Shown piece after piece: positions 20,778 to 30,514 of a stretch of DNA of 64,000 nucleotides; position 1 is the stretch's first letter, and every line of letters starts with the position of its first letter. A program made the translations under genes and the position numbers. This DNA comes from Bacteroidales bacterium (GTDB lineage: Bacteria > Bacteroidota > Bacteroidia > Bacteroidales > UBA1556). Where the stretch lies: NCBI GenBank assembly GCA_027064095.1, contig JAMOQI010000080.1, positions 13,620-77,619 on the forward strand. Reading direction: 5' to 3'. A model generated the notes under the pieces. It ran no database searches, was not told the origin of the DNA, and saw nothing but the letters and a program-made list of their open reading frames with translations.

Positions 20778-22748
20778 ATGAAAGAAAACTTCAGTCCAAG
20801 AGAAAATTACATTAATACTCAGCAAAAAGTTGGTTATGTAAAAAGACGTAATGCTACCCAAGCAGACTACGACCGTGTTGGATTCATGTCAGGTCTAGAA
20901 GTGCATCAACAACTACTGACAAAGAAGAAATTATTTTGTCATTGTCCGGCAGGAGTATTTCACGATGATGACGACTATGATGCAGAGCTGCTACGTCATA
21001 TGAGGCCAACACTTAGTGAATTAGGAGAATATGATGGTACTGCTCTAATGGAGTTTAGAACTAGAAAAGACATTGTTTATAGAATTAAAAATGAAACAAC
21101 CTGCACCTACGAAGTTGATGACACTCCTCCATTTCCAATTGATAGAGAAGCTCTTGAAGAAGCAATTGAAATTTCGTTGTTATCAAAACTAAATATTGTT
21201 GGAGAAGTACATATTACCAGAAAGCAATATCTTGATGGAAGTATTCCAACAGGATTTCAAAGAACAGCTATTATTGGTGTTGAGGGCAAAATTGAATTAA
21301 AGAACAAAACAGTAAAACTAATACAACTCAGTATTGAGGAAGATAGTTGCCGTGAGATATCAGACATTGGCCACGTAAGAACTTATAAAACCGATAGACT
21401 TGGCATGCCATTAATTGAAACAGTTACCTATCCCGAATTTATAAATCCTGATGAAGTAAAAGAAGGCTGCGATTATATCAGATTTCTAAATAGAAGTACA
21501 GGAAAAGTAAGAACCGGAATGGGTGCTGGCAGACAGGATGTAAATGTTAGTTGTAAAGGTGGTAGCAGAGTTGAAATAAAAGGTGTGGCTCATACCAAAT
21601 GGATACCAGAACTTTCTCATAATGAAGTTTTCCGTCAATGGGCATTACTTCAAATAAAAGATGAATTAAATAAAAGAGTAAAAGACAAATCAAAGTGGAA
21701 AATAAGTCATTTAGCACTTTCTGAAGAAGACTTTGCCGGCAATAAAAATTTTGAAGGCATTTTTGATGACAACCACCAGGTTATTGCTGTACGGCTTCCG
21801 CATTTCTACAAATTGCTTTCACATTTCACGCAGCCGGAAAAAGTTTTTGCAAATGAGATAAGTGAAAGATTAAAGGTTATTGCATGCCTCGACCAACCAA
21901 ATATGACACATAGTGAGGATATAAATCCTATTCTTTCAGAGGATGAGATTCAAAACATATTCAAGAAGCTTAAAGCAAACAAAGATGATGCATTTGTAAT
22001 TTTTGATGCTGATCCTGAAGACATAAGTACTGCATTAGAAACAATAGAAGAAAGATGTTTAATAGCATTTGATGGGGTACCAGAGGAAACTCGCAAATCT
22101 TTAAGTGACGGCACAACAATTTTTGAAAGAGTGCTTCCTGGTGCTGACAGGATGTATCCCGATACCGATTCAGCTCCTATTCCTCTGAGTGAAGATTATA
22201 TCGAAAAACTAAGAAAGGGATTACCTGAAGATATAATTGACAGGTACCATAAAATGCAAGATTGGGGCGTAGCAAAAGATACTTTCACTTATATTTTGTC
22301 GAAAAACCTATTCCCTATTTTGGATAAAACAATTAAAATAACAAACTTCACGCCTAAGCAAATTGGAAATTTTCTTGGCCATAACTTCAAATTTATCGAA
22401 GGCCAATATTCTAAAAATATTGATTTTAGATACGAACAAATAATAGACTTATTTAAGTATTTAGAAAGTAAAAACCTTGATATTGATATTGCACATAATA
22501 TACTGATTGAACTTTATCAACATTCAAAAATGGATTTTGACTCTATTTTAAAGAGTATTAATTTCAACAAGAAAACCAGGCAAGAAATTATAGATCAGAT
22601 ACCATTTTTAAGAGAAAAATTTAAGACTGAAGGCAAAAAGCAAACACCGGAAATTGAACATAAATGGATAATGGGTAAATTAAATAAAATGGCTTTGGGA
22701 AATATCAATTTGAGTGAGCTTAGCAAAATTATTAAAACTAAAGGTTAA
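20778..22748 (+). CDS. gatE: Glu-tRNA(Gln) amidotransferase subunit E (archaeal type)
   Basis: GLEVHQQL..KKLFC, RPTLSELGEYD, DGSIPTGFQRT, EEDSCR, DRLGMPLIE, RQDVNVS, RVEIKGV, central insertion, RVLPGADRMYPDTD. Confidence 0.93.
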   Translation: MKENFSPRENYINTQQKVGYVKRRNATQADYDRVGFMSGLEVHQQLLTKKKLFCHCPAGVFHDDDDYDAELLRHMRPTLSELGEYDGTALMEFRTRKDIVYRIKNETTCTYEVDDTPPFPIDREALEEAIEISLLSKLNIVGEVHITRKQYLDGSIPTGFQRTAIIGVEGKIELKNKTVKLIQLSIEEDSCREISDIGHVRTYKTDRLGMPLIETVTYPEFINPDEVKEGCDYIRFLNRSTGKVRTGMGAGRQDVNVSCKGGSRVEIKGVAHTKWIPELSHNEVFRQWALLQIKDELNKRVKDKSKWKISHLALSEEDFAGNKNFEGIFDDNHQVIAVRLPHFYKLLSHFTQPEKVFANEISERLKVIACLDQPNMTHSEDINPILSEDEIQNIFKKLKANKDDAFVIFDADPEDISTALETIEERCLIAFDGVPEETRKSLSDGTTIFERVLPGADRMYPDTDSAPIPLSEDYIEKLRKGLPEDIIDRYHKMQDWGVAKDTFTYILSKNLFPILDKTIKITNFTPKQIGNFLGHNFKFIEGQYSKNIDFRYEQIIDLFKYLESKNLDIDIAHNILIELYQHSKMDFDSILKSINFNKKTRQEIIDQIPFLREKFKTEGKKQTPEIEHKWIMGKLNKMALGNINLSELSKIIKTKG

Positions 22749-22749
22749 T

Positions 22750-24132
22750 ATGGAAGAGTTATTTCAAGGATATAAAGGCGATGCTTTAGCCTTACTTAAG
22801 AAGTATAATGTAAGAGTCTGGGGTCATGCAAAAGTGGAAACAACAAGAGGTCCATTCGAAGGAACTATCTTACCTAGATCAGAAAATGATGATGACAAAC
22901 ATATTGTCATGAAAATAGTTACAGGATATAATGTTGGAATTGACACTAACACTATCACAAAAATAGAAGAGTTGGGATATAAGAAAGCCAATTACGCAAT
23001 TCCAGAAAAAGAATTTCCATACACAAAAGGACTTCCTAAGGTAAAACTAATGGGTACAGGAGGAACTATTGCCTCACGATTAGATTATAGAACGGGAGCA
23101 GTAATACCCGCTTTTTCACCAGGAGAACTCTATGGAGCCGTTCCTGAATTGGCAGAGATATGTAATCTTGAAACAGAAAAAGTTTTTGCTGTTTTCAGTG
23201 AAAATATGGGACCAAAGCAATATATTGCTCTTGCAAAAGCTATAGGAAAAGAAATAGAAAGAGGTGTGGATGGAATTGTAATTGGTCATGGTACGGATAC
23301 ACTTCATCATACAGCTGCTGCTTTAACTTTTATGGTTCAAGATTCTCCTATACCTATTGTTTTGGTAGGGTCTCAACGCTCTTCTGACCGACCAAGCTCC
23401 GATGCTGCTTTAAACCTAATGCACGCTATGAAAGCTGCCGGCGAAGGTGATATTGCTGAAGTAATGGTCTGTATGTTTGGTCCTACTTCTGATGAGTATG
23501 GATTGCTGCACAAAGGAACACGAGTACGGAAAATGCACTCCTCTTATCGTTCTACTTTCCGAACAATCGGAGATGTGCCATTGGCAAGAATAAATAGGAA
23601 AGAAATTATACCTATAAAAAAAGATTACAAAAAGCGTCGACACGATAAAAATGTCAAGATACTTCCTTATTTTGATAACAATGTAGCCATGTTATACTTT
23701 TGGCCAGGAATGCCTTCAAAGGTTATGGACTCATTAATTGATGCCGGCTATAAGGGAATAATTATTGTTGGAACAGGATTAGGTCATGTAAACAAAGAAC
23801 TATATCCAGCAATTGAGAGAGCGCAAAAAGAAGGAGTTCATGTATTTATGACGCTTCAAACTCTTTGGGGATATGTCCATATGTTTGTTTATGATACCGG
23901 ACGCGACCTAATGGCTAAAGGCATAATTCCTTTAGGAAATATGCTTCCTGAAGTTGCTTGGGTAAAACTTAGTTGGGTACTTGGTCAAACTTCTGACCCT
24001 GAAAAGGTAAAAGAAATGATGTTAGATTCTATTAATGACGAAATATCTGAACGAGAACCTTATAATGGATATTTAGTTTATCAAGGTGGAATACCTGAAG
24101 TTGAAGATTTTATTAAGAATGTACATAAATAA
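22750..24132 (+). CDS. gatD: Glu-tRNA(Gln) amidotransferase subunit D
   Basis: GatD N-domain (KIVTGYNVGI), TGGTIASRLDYRTGAV, HGTDT, GSQRSSDRPSSDA, RKMH. ATG 1 nt after the gatE stop. Confidence 0.93.
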   Translation: MEELFQGYKGDALALLKKYNVRVWGHAKVETTRGPFEGTILPRSENDDDKHIVMKIVTGYNVGIDTNTITKIEELGYKKANYAIPEKEFPYTKGLPKVKLMGTGGTIASRLDYRTGAVIPAFSPGELYGAVPELAEICNLETEKVFAVFSENMGPKQYIALAKAIGKEIERGVDGIVIGHGTDTLHHTAAALTFMVQDSPIPIVLVGSQRSSDRPSSDAALNLMHAMKAAGEGDIAEVMVCMFGPTSDEYGLLHKGTRVRKMHSSYRSTFRTIGDVPLARINRKEIIPIKKDYKKRRHDKNVKILPYFDNNVAMLYFWPGMPSKVMDSLIDAGYKGIIIVGTGLGHVNKELYPAIERAQKEGVHVFMTLQTLWGYVHMFVYDTGRDLMAKGIIPLGNMLPEVAWVKLSWVLGQTSDPEKVKEMMLDSINDEISEREPYNGYLVYQGGIPEVEDFIKNVHK

Positions 24133-24275
24133 TAATTATATATACTGAACTTTTAATAATCTGAATAATAGTTATATCTAATATTTTTTATTAGTTTTAT
24201 ATTATTTCTCAGTGATATATTATCTGATATATATAATACTATTTTGTTTATCAACAATCGACAAACAAACCTTTA

Positions 24276-25334
24276 ATGAATAAAAGAGCCAAAATAATTT
24301 CACAAACATTTTCTGGATGGAGAATATTCATAGCGGTATTTATTGGCATGTCTGTAAGCATTTATTTAATTTTAGACGACTTCTCTTTTACACTCTATAA
24401 CACAATTGATTGGACACTACATTCATTACTGTTTTTATTATTAGCAATAATTTTTGAAGCAATAAGGGATATCGCATATATGTATCGCATACGCCTTATG
24501 ACTGATGGTGAAATCAAGTGGCGACAAAGTTTTCAAGTGATAATGTTATGGGAATTTGCCTCAGCATTAACACCCTCAGTGGTTGGAGGTTCTGCTGTAG
24601 CTCTATATATTGTAAACAAAGAAATAAATAATCCGGGTAAAGCCACCGCCATAGTTATGATAACAGCATTATTAGATGAGCTGTTCTATGTAATAATGGT
24701 TCCAATAATATTTCTATTTATCGGGACAAATGAATTATTTATAAATACAGAATTCAATCTATTTAAGCTGGGGAGTTTTCCTACGCAAACAATTTTCTTT
24801 ATTGGTTATTCTTTTATTTTATTACTCACATCCATAATATCTTTTGCAATATTCTATCGTCCAAAACTTTTCAAAAGTCTATTAAATTCTATTTTCAGTA
24901 TAAGTATTCTAAAACGCTGGAAAGAACGAGCCAATAAAACAGGTGAAGAAATAATAATTACCTCAGAACAAATGAAAGGCAAAAAACTTGTCTTTTGGAT
25001 TAAAGCTTATGCCTCAACTTTAATATCATGGACAGCACGTTTTGCTGTTATCAATATGCTAATACTTGTATTAAAAGGTGATGGTAATCAAATTATAATA
25101 TTTGCCAGACAGTTAGTCATGTGGGTAATTCTACTAATCAGTCCAACTCCAGGGGGGAGTGGTGTAGCAGAATATATGCTCCCAAAATTTTTAGGAGAAT
25201 ATATGGGTGCTTTTGGAAACGAAATAGCCCTCAGTTGGCGTTTATTAAGCTACTATTCTTATTTGTTTATCGGCTCTATTGTATTGCCAATTTGGCTACA
25301 AAGAGTTTATAAAATTAAAAAGAAAGATGCCTAA
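24276..25334 (+). CDS. LPG-synthase TM domain / UPF0104 flippase-like protein
   Basis: Multiple TM helices, ALTPSVVGG, SPTPGGSGVAE, WRLLSYY. Confidence 0.85.
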   Translation: MNKRAKIISQTFSGWRIFIAVFIGMSVSIYLILDDFSFTLYNTIDWTLHSLLFLLLAIIFEAIRDIAYMYRIRLMTDGEIKWRQSFQVIMLWEFASALTPSVVGGSAVALYIVNKEINNPGKATAIVMITALLDELFYVIMVPIIFLFIGTNELFINTEFNLFKLGSFPTQTIFFIGYSFILLLTSIISFAIFYRPKLFKSLLNSIFSISILKRWKERANKTGEEIIITSEQMKGKKLVFWIKAYASTLISWTARFAVINMLILVLKGDGNQIIIFARQLVMWVILLISPTPGGSGVAEYMLPKFLGEYMGAFGNEIALSWRLLSYYSYLFIGSIVLPIWLQRVYKIKKKDA

Positions 25335-26328
25335 ACTAAGCATTATCTTACCATTTTACAATGCTGAGAACACAATACAAAGGGCTGTTTTAAGTATTAT
25401 AAATCAGACTTTTATTGATTTTGAATGCATTCTTATCGACAATAAATCTACCGATAATAGTAGAAATATAATTCTCCAAACTATAAAAAATGACAGAAGG
25501 TTTATTTTAACCGAAGAACCTAAACAAGGTGTTGTTTTTGCATCAAATAGAGGAAGTGAATTAGCTAAGGGAGAATATATCGCGAGAATGGATTCTGATG
25601 ATGAATGCTATGCAAATAGGTTTGAGAAACAAATTGCCTTCTTAGACTCTAATGAAGATTATGGAGCTGTATCCGGGATAGTAGAATTTGCTGGAAATAA
25701 AAGCAATAGTCGTGGGTTCGCCAATTATATTGACTGGGTTAATTCTGTAAATACATACAAACTGATAATAAGAAAAAGGTTTATAGAATCACCAATTGTC
25801 AACCCATCGGCTATGTGGCGACAAAAAGTCAGTAATCAGTACGGTATGTACATAGAATCTGATTTGCCGGAAGATTATGAGCTATGGCTAAGATGGCTTT
25901 CTTATGGAGTAAAAATTGGAAAAGTAAAAGACAAAGTATTAAAATGGTATGACTCATCCACCAGGCTTACAAGAACGGATAAAAGATATAGCAATATGGC
26001 TTTCTACAAAGTTAAAAGTCCATTTTTAGTTGATTATCTTAAAAAAATTAATCCACATTTTCCCAAAGTAACCATATGGGGAGCCAGTAAAATATCGCGA
26101 CAAAGAGCAAAACTATTAGAGAAATTAGGTGTAGACATTTCAGGATATATAGATATAAGTAGAAAAAGAAAACTGCAAGATAATATTATATATTACAAAG
26201 AGATAGCACCGCCACAAGACATTTTCATACTTGTATATGTGCGGCAAGTGAATATGCGGCAACAAGTACAAAAATATCTTGAAAGCAAGTTGTTTAAAGA
26301 AGGGAAAAACTATTTACTGATATCTTAA
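25327..26328 (+). CDS. Family 2 glycosyltransferase
   Basis: SIILPFYN, IDNKSTD, ARMDSDD, EDYELW. Start at MPKLS. Confidence 0.9.
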   Translation: MPKLSIILPFYNAENTIQRAVLSIINQTFIDFECILIDNKSTDNSRNIILQTIKNDRRFILTEEPKQGVVFASNRGSELAKGEYIARMDSDDECYANRFEKQIAFLDSNEDYGAVSGIVEFAGNKSNSRGFANYIDWVNSVNTYKLIIRKRFIESPIVNPSAMWRQKVSNQYGMYIESDLPEDYELWLRWLSYGVKIGKVKDKVLKWYDSSTRLTRTDKRYSNMAFYKVKSPFLVDYLKKINPHFPKVTIWGASKISRQRAKLLEKLGVDISGYIDISRKRKLQDNIIYYKEIAPPQDIFILVYVRQVNMRQQVQKYLESKLFKEGKNYLLIS

Positions 26329-26335
26329 ACTCGAA

Positions 26336-27148
26336 TTATAAACCCTTTAATAATTCCGTAATTATTACAGTAAGCTTAGGCTCCGCTGATGCGGCTGCTT
26401 CCAACACCTCCTCATGAGACACTTCAGCAACAACACCTTCTACACCAAGATCGGTAACTATAGAAGCTGCAAAGCAAGGAATACCAGCATGTCGTGCAAC
26501 AATCGCCTCAGGGACAGTACTCATACCAACAGTATCGCCACCAATAATCCTAAAATATTTGTATTCTGCAGGAGTTTCAAAAGTAGGACCTGTGGTACCA
26601 ACATATACTCCATGATGTACTAAAATATCATTTTCTTTAGCAATTTCTGTTGCTCTGGCTACCAATTTCTTATCATATACTTCGCTGAAGTCCGGGAATC
26701 TAACTCCTAGTCTATCATCGTTTGGCCCCATTAATGGATTGTCAGGGAATAAATTTATATGGTCAGTAATAATCATAATATCACCAACTTTAAAATCAGG
26801 ATTCATACCACCTGCAGCATTAGAAAGCACTAGTAATTCAATTCCTAATTCTTTCATTATTCTGATAGGGAAAGTAACCTCTTTCATCTGGTATCCTTCA
26901 TAAAAGTGGAAACGTCCTTGCATAGCAACAACTTTTTTACCACCTAAATATCCAAAAACTAATTGTCCTTTATGACCTGAAACAGTAGACACAGGAAAAT
27001 TGGGAATATCCTTATACGAAATAGCTTTTTCTACTTCAATATGATTTCCAAGGTTACCCAAACCTGACCCCAATACAATACCTATCTGTGGATTAAAATC
27101 AATTTGTTTCTTTATAAACTCCGTAGTCTGCTTTATTTTCTCGTACAT
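26336..27148 (-). CDS. Purine-nucleoside phosphorylase (trimeric type)
   Basis: LGSGLG, GRFHFYEG, NAAGG, GPTFETPAE, VGMSTVPE. Confidence 0.95.
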   Translation of the reverse strand: MYEKIKQTTEFIKKQIDFNPQIGIVLGSGLGNLGNHIEVEKAISYKDIPNFPVSTVSGHKGQLVFGYLGGKKVVAMQGRFHFYEGYQMKEVTFPIRIMKELGIELLVLSNAAGGMNPDFKVGDIMIITDHINLFPDNPLMGPNDDRLGVRFPDFSEVYDKKLVARATEIAKENDILVHHGVYVGTTGPTFETPAEYKYFRIIGGDTVGMSTVPEAIVARHAGIPCFAASIVTDLGVEGVVAEVSHEEVLEAAASAEPKLTVIITELLKGL

Positions 27149-28136
27149 AATTCTCTATAATTTCTTTAAAAATAATTTTATCATTTCCCAAAAATGAAAT
27201 TCTAATTGGTAATTTATACACTGCTGATTTTTTAATTTCTATAAAATCAGAAAGTCTTACAGCATCCTTTTCACTTGTGATTAGAATATTATTTTGGCCT
27301 GCAAAGCTATTAATTTTTTCATTAATAGCAACAATGTCCTTTGAAGTAAATTTGTAATGATCGCGATAAGCCAAATGATAAACCCCACTGAAAGGATATT
27401 TATTTCGTATAAAATCCTCCATTGACTTTGGGTTTGCTAAACCACTAACGAGTAAAATATTATCAATTTGTTGCAAATCTACCTGCTCATTACTAAAAGC
27501 AACTAGATTATCATATTCAATTTTTGAGAAAAGAACAGGTGAGTCAGTAAAAGCACTAATATCATTAATAATCCGTTTACGTTCTTCATCAGAAATATCA
27601 GCAGGACACTTAGTAACAACTACTACATCAGAGCGTTTTGCGGCTTTTGGATTCTCCCTTAGTCGCCCTACAGGCATAGACTTATCTTTAGTAAATATTT
27701 TGGAATAATCCGTAAGTAATATATTTAAGCCCGCCTTAATTGCCCTATGCTGATACGCATCATCCAATAGTATCACATCAGTTTTGGGATACTGAAATAA
27801 TAATTTAGTAACAGCCTCTACCCTATTTTCTCCAACAAAAACACCTACGTCAGGGAATTTTTGTTTTATCTGCAAAGGCTCATCACCACAGTCTATCGCT
27901 TTGGAATCATCAAAGACCTCTCTAAATCCTTTAGTCTTACGGCCATAACCTCGACTTAATGTTGCAACATTATAGTTTTTCTTCAGAAGCTTAACAATAT
28001 ATTCAATATGAGGAGTTTTCCCACTTCCCCCTACGGCAAGGTTGCCAACATTTATAATTGGAAAGTCGAATGACGACGACTTTAAAATCCCTTTATCAAA
28101 AAGGTAATTCCGTATTTGTGTGATTAATGTGTACAT
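27099..28136 (-). CDS. lpxK: Tetraacyldisaccharide 4'-kinase
   Basis: VGNLAVGGSGKTP, LSRGYGR, GDEP, LDDAYQH, PVGRLRE, TSEKD. Confidence 0.93.
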   Translation of the reverse strand: MYTLITQIRNYLFDKGILKSSSFDFPIINVGNLAVGGSGKTPHIEYIVKLLKKNYNVATLSRGYGRKTKGFREVFDDSKAIDCGDEPLQIKQKFPDVGVFVGENRVEAVTKLLFQYPKTDVILLDDAYQHRAIKAGLNILLTDYSKIFTKDKSMPVGRLRENPKAAKRSDVVVVTKCPADISDEERKRIINDISAFTDSPVLFSKIEYDNLVAFSNEQVDLQQIDNILLVSGLANPKSMEDFIRNKYPFSGVYHLAYRDHYKFTSKDIVAINEKINSFAGQNNILITSEKDAVRLSDFIEIKKSAVYKLPIRISFLGNDKIIFKEIIENYVRENKADYGVYKETN

Positions 28137-28346
28137 TAAGATATTAAATTAAAAACAATATCGAATTTATGTACTGCTAATCAATACTTTATCAAATCCA
28201 ATATTTGTAAGCCTAAATGCAAATTTACTAATATTTTTATTCATTATTGAAATTGATTAATCTTTTGAAAAAGGATAAATTCAAATGGTAAATGCAATTT
28301 ATAAAAGATTGACAAATAAACATATTTACATTAAAGTAAAAATACA

Positions 28347-28354
28347 TACATTTG
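28347..28354 (+). promoter_or_regulatory. Bacteroidota sigma-A -7 box upstream of the riboswitch
   Basis: TACATTTG matches TAnnTTTG, 5 nt before riboswitch P1. Confidence 0.7.
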
Positions 28355-28358
28355 CAAT

Positions 28359-28519
28359 TGATGGTTTCTCTATAAAGAGGACTAAGAGGGAATTAGGTGA
28401 AAATCCTAAACAGTTCCCGCTGCTGTAAGCTCTGTAAACATTCTGATATTAAGCCACTTTTTGAAAAACAAAAGGGAAGGCGTCGGAAAATGTGGAGTAA
28501 GTCAGAAGACCTACCATCA
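28359..28519 (+). ncRNA. Cobalamin riboswitch
   Basis: AAGAGGGAA-TTAGGTGAAAATCCTAA, CCCGCTGCTGT, GCCACT...GGGAAGG, B12 box AGTCAGAAGACCT. P1 pairs TGATGGT with ACCATCA. Sits upstream of a TBDR. Confidence 0.93.
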
Positions 28520-28596
28520 TAATATCAAATTAAAGGCTTTCGGAGAAAAAGCGATGTAGGAATTACTATTTTCCCGATGCCGCAATACGAATTTGT

Positions 28597-30513
28597 ATGC
28601 GGATTTTTATTTTTATAACATTAAGTATTTTATCCTATTCGTTATCTAAGGCACAACCGCCAAAGGATAGCATCGTTATGCTTAAAGTTACGGATATTAC
28701 TGCTAATAAATTATCCTTTGTTAATGATATTGATCTACAACATTTCGATGCAAAAGAGATATCAAACTATTCTGGACAAAGTCTGGACAATATCCTTAAC
28801 GACAAAGCTGGAATAAATATAAAGACATACGGCTACGGAGGAATGAGTAATGCCGGAATAAGAGGTGGAAATTCTTATCACACAGCTGTGTTATGGAACG
28901 GTGTTAACCTTCAAGACCCACTAAACGGTGGTTTTAATTTAAGTTTATATCCACTATTTTTTTCCAATGACATTAAGGTTCACAAGGGAGGCAGTAGTGC
29001 GCTTTTTGGAAGCGGAGCCATGGGAGGAAGTATTCATCTAACCAACAAAAAAGATTTTAATAAGGGCTTGCAGATAGATCTATTATCAGGGATAGCTAGT
29101 TTTTCAACTTATCAAATTGGAGCTGGCATAAAATACTCCGACAATAAGCGTTCAAGTCTTCTTAAAATATTTTACAAAACTGCTAAAAATGATTTTCCTT
29201 TTAAAAATACAGAAGTCTACGGTAGCCCAAAAGTACGACAGAAAAATGCGGAGCAAAAGCAGATTGGGGTATTACAAGAAAATGCTTTTTTATTGAGTAA
29301 ACATCAGAAGCTAACATCTGCAGTTTGTTATCAGCATAGCTATCAAAACATCCCAAGACAGATGAGCTCATATAATGCATCAGCTAGTCAAGAAAACGAG
29401 TCCCTTAGAGCACAATTAGCATGGAAATACTTTAATAAAAATTATTCTTTTCAGTTAAGAAATTCAAACTTACTATCCTCACTTTTATATAATGACAACA
29501 GTAATAGTATCAAAGCTCTACATAGTAGTTTTAGCAATATTTCCGAAGCTGAATTTAACTTAAAACTTAGAAAAATCGACAATTTAAAAATTGGACTAAT
29601 TAACACTTTTGAAAAATCTAATTCGGATGAACTAAAATCCACTCTGGATCAAAATCCACAACAAAACAAAACAGCTTTATTTATTTCATATAAAGCAATT
29701 TTCAGTAAGAAACTTTTTGCAATGGCAAATCTACGCAAAGAATATGTCAAAAATAGGTTTACGCCATTAACATACTATGGCAGTGTTAATTGGAAAGTTA
29801 TTAATTTATTGATTTTACATGCCAATATATCAAAAAATTATCGTACTCCTACTTTCAACGATTTGTTTTGGTCTGATGCCATGGCAAAAGGAAATCCGCA
29901 ATTACTAGACGAATCTTCTATAAGCGAAGAGTTCGGAATTAAATTAAAAACTAATAATAAGTTATTATCTATATCATTTAATGCCTACAATACTAATTAT
30001 AAAAATTTAATTCAATGGGTGCCAGAAAATGGCATCTGGACTCCTCTCAACAAAAAAGCAGTATGGTCGTATGGTATTGAAAGTTTACTCAATGTTAACA
30101 AAAAAATAGGAACTTTTAATCTATCGGCAAGTGGCTTAATCGCATTATCAAGATCTACAATTTCTGAGTTAAACGATAGCGAAAATAATGATATTATAAA
30201 CAAGCAACTAATATTAACTCCTCAATCAGAGGGAAATATTAGCTTCAAAGTTGAATATAAGAAATTTAGTTTTGAATATATTACAAAATATGTTGGAAAG
30301 CGTTATACTAACGCTAATAATACTGACTTTCTTGACACTTATTTGTTAGGAGATATTATCCTCAATAAAAGCTTTAAAATAAATAATAATAAACTCGCTA
30401 TAATGTTCCGATTGAATAATATTTGGAATACAGAATATGTTTCTATGCCTTCGTATGCTATGCCACTGTGTAATTACGAGCTAAGTATAAGATTATTTTT
30501 AAATAAAAAATAA
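28597..30513 (+). CDS. btuB: BtuB-like TonB-dependent cobalamin receptor
   Basis: Plug motifs (IKTYGYGG, IRGG..HTAVLWNG, GSGAMGGSI), YRTPTFNDL, NNIWN. Follows a B12 riboswitch. Confidence 0.8.
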   Translation: MRIFIFITLSILSYSLSKAQPPKDSIVMLKVTDITANKLSFVNDIDLQHFDAKEISNYSGQSLDNILNDKAGINIKTYGYGGMSNAGIRGGNSYHTAVLWNGVNLQDPLNGGFNLSLYPLFFSNDIKVHKGGSSALFGSGAMGGSIHLTNKKDFNKGLQIDLLSGIASFSTYQIGAGIKYSDNKRSSLLKIFYKTAKNDFPFKNTEVYGSPKVRQKNAEQKQIGVLQENAFLLSKHQKLTSAVCYQHSYQNIPRQMSSYNASASQENESLRAQLAWKYFNKNYSFQLRNSNLLSSLLYNDNSNSIKALHSSFSNISEAEFNLKLRKIDNLKIGLINTFEKSNSDELKSTLDQNPQQNKTALFISYKAIFSKKLFAMANLRKEYVKNRFTPLTYYGSVNWKVINLLILHANISKNYRTPTFNDLFWSDAMAKGNPQLLDESSISEEFGIKLKTNNKLLSISFNAYNTNYKNLIQWVPENGIWTPLNKKAVWSYGIESLLNVNKKIGTFNLSASGLIALSRSTISELNDSENNDIINKQLILTPQSEGNISFKVEYKKFSFEYITKYVGKRYTNANNTDFLDTYLLGDIILNKSFKINNNKLAIMFRLNNIWNTEYVSMPSYAMPLCNYELSIRLFLNKK

Positions 30514-30514
30514 A

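Noticed and set aside
28137-28170. Possible frameshift shortening the lpxK N-terminus
   Set aside because: No upstream start in the alternative frames I checked. All catalytic motifs are intact, so a short N-terminus is the simpler reading.
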